Origin: Patescibacteria group bacterium
GTDB taxonomy: Bacteria; Patescibacteriota; UBA1384; XYA2-FULL-43-10; 1-14-0-10-43-13
Direction of reading: 5' to 3'
DNA length: 33,424 nucleotides
Assembly (NCBI GenBank): GCA_038216025.1
Contig: JBBQQK010000003.1
Span: 1-33,424, forward strand
Position 1 is the stretch's first letter; every line of letters starts with the position of its first letter. The notes under the pieces were generated by a model. It ran no database searches, had not been told where the DNA came from, and saw nothing but the letters and a program-made list of their open reading frames with translations. Positions 31,817 to 33,424 of the stretch are shown here, in pieces. Made by a program: the position numbers and the translations under genes.

Positions 31817-33094
31817 ATGCCAGCTGTTTGTTTTTATTTTCAAGTTCATCAACCATACCGGGTAAAACGATACTCGGTTTTTAAAGTTGGCGAAGATCAT
31901 GATTATTTTACCAGTCCAGAAGATCGTCACAGCAACGAAAAGATCTTTCATAAAGTGGCCCAAAAGTGTTATCTTCCTACAAACAAATTGATGCTCGATT
32001 TGTTAAATAAACATCCAGAGTTTAAAATTTCATATTCATTGTCCGGAGTTTTTCTAGAGCAAGCCGAAAATTTTTCGCCAGAAGTAATCAAATCTTTTAA
32101 AGATTTGGTGGATACCGGCCGGGCCGAAATTTTGGAGGAAACTTATTATCATTCTCTCTCCTTTCTTTACTCAAAAGATGAATTCAGAAAACAGGTCGGA
32201 AAACATCGAGATAAGGTCAAAGAGCTTTTTGGAGTTACTCCAAAAGTTTTTAGAAATACCGAGCTTATTTATAACAATGACATAGCCAAAGAAGTAGAAG
32301 CGTTGGGCTACGATGGAATATTGGCTGAGGGCGCAGATCATATATTGGGTTGGCGTAATCCTAACTTTGTTTATCGGCCGATGGGCAGCGACAAAATAAA
32401 ATTACTTCTTAAAAATTATCGCTTGTCGGACGACATAGCTTTCAGGTTTTCAACTCCTGGCTGGGAAGGCTATCCTGTAACAGCCGAGAAGTTTGCCGAC
32501 TGGGTCTCTAAGATAAATGGCAATGGTCATCTGGTTAATCTTTTTATGGATTATGAAACTTTCGGCGAACATCAATGGGAAGATACTGGCATATTCGAGT
32601 TTTTAAAACATCTGCCCGGAGAGGTATTAAAACACCCTGACAATAGCTTCGTGACCCCGTCAGAGGCCATTAGTAAATATGCGGACTGCGGCGAGATCGA
32701 TTTTCCTCATTATGTCTCATGGGCAGACACCGAAAGAGATTTGTCGGCATGGAAATCAAACTCTATACAGCACGATGCCTTAAAAAATTTATATAAATTT
32801 GAGCAGTCTGTTATGGCAAGTGACGATGAGCAGCTTATTCATGACTGGCGCAAACTGCAAACATCTGACCACTTTTATTATATGTGCACAAAATGGTTTG
32901 CTGACGGAGATGTGCACAAATACTTCAATCCTTATGAAACACCATACGAGGCCTTCATCAATTTTATGAATATCTTGAGTGATATGGAACACAGAATCAA
33001 ACTTTCAAAAAAGAAAATTTTGTCTGACAAGAAAATTTCCAAATCAAAGGAAATAAAATCCAGTCCAAAGAGAGCAAAAATTAAGAAAAAATAA
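31817..33094 (+). CDS. GH57 alpha-amylase-type glycoside hydrolase
   Basis: YFQVHQP, ETYYHSL, FRNTELIY (nucleophile Glu), LSDDIAFRF, FMDYETFGEH (acid/base Asp) and LQTSDHFYYM, plus a Lys-rich tail. Confidence 0.92.
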   Translation: MPAVCFYFQVHQPYRVKRYSVFKVGEDHDYFTSPEDRHSNEKIFHKVAQKCYLPTNKLMLDLLNKHPEFKISYSLSGVFLEQAENFSPEVIKSFKDLVDTGRAEILEETYYHSLSFLYSKDEFRKQVGKHRDKVKELFGVTPKVFRNTELIYNNDIAKEVEALGYDGILAEGADHILGWRNPNFVYRPMGSDKIKLLLKNYRLSDDIAFRFSTPGWEGYPVTAEKFADWVSKINGNGHLVNLFMDYETFGEHQWEDTGIFEFLKHLPGEVLKHPDNSFVTPSEAISKYADCGEIDFPHYVSWADTERDLSAWKSNSIQHDALKNLYKFEQSVMASDDEQLIHDWRKLQTSDHFYYMCTKWFADGDVHKYFNPYETPYEAFINFMNILSDMEHRIKLSKKKILSDKKISKSKEIKSSPKRAKIKKK

Positions 33095-33120
33095 AACCTG
33101 CAGTTTTAATGCTTTTGTCG

Positions 33121-33145
33121 AGATCCATTTCTTTGGATCTTTTTT
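33121..33145 (+). terminator. possible intrinsic terminator after GH57
   Basis: AGATCCA-TTTCTT-TGGATCT followed by a T run. Confidence 0.5.
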
Positions 33146-33240
33146 AATATGTAGGAAACCCCGTACAAGACGCCATTATCGAAGGCTCCTTGTAATGCAT
33201 GCAATGACTAAGTCGTAGTGCGGAGATGAATACATCCGCT

Positions 33241-33275
33241 CTTACCATAGGCCGAAGGCCTATGGTAAGCTTTTC
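33241..33275 (+). terminator. 13-bp perfect hairpin followed by a T-rich tract
   Basis: CTTACCATAGGCC-GAA-GGCCTATGGTAAG, then CTTTTC. Confidence 0.45.
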
Positions 33276-33424
33276 TCATGAGAATTAAAAAACTCAATCA
33301 TTCTACGTATCAACATCTATACCATATTGTTTGGGGAACCAAATGGAGAAGAAAGTTCTTAAAAGAGTATGTTAAGCCAGTGTTGCTTAAATCTTTTTAC
33401 CAAACTATTGAGAAATATCCCATT

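Overview
Low-GC bacterial chromosome segment using the standard genetic code. Gene content and short palindromic repeats suggest a CPR/Patescibacteria genome, which is an inference. From left to right it holds: the 3' end of an IS3-family element that truncates a dedA gene; a 26-aa hydrophobic sORF coupled to a P-type II cation ATPase; tRNA-Ser(GGA) on the minus strand with a duplicated 3' end; dnaG and rpoD; a ~19 kb locus (7309-26520); and a glycogen/alpha-glucan cluster (glgP, glgX, GT4, GH57). In the 19 kb locus an F-type ATPase operon (c-like, b, delta, alpha, gamma, beta, epsilon) sits between cell-surface genes encoding cohesin-like, dockerin-like, DUF916/WxLIP-like and WxL-like proteins. 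The main finding is at the atpE position: a 662-aa signal-peptide, multi-Ig-like protein ending in a subunit-c-like hairpin that has no ion-binding Glu/Asp. No subunit a gene is recognisable in the window, while the F1 catalytic motifs are intact. This suggests a repurposed, ion-uncoupled, ATP-driven rotary machine acting on extracellular domains, which is a hypothesis and not a demonstrated function.
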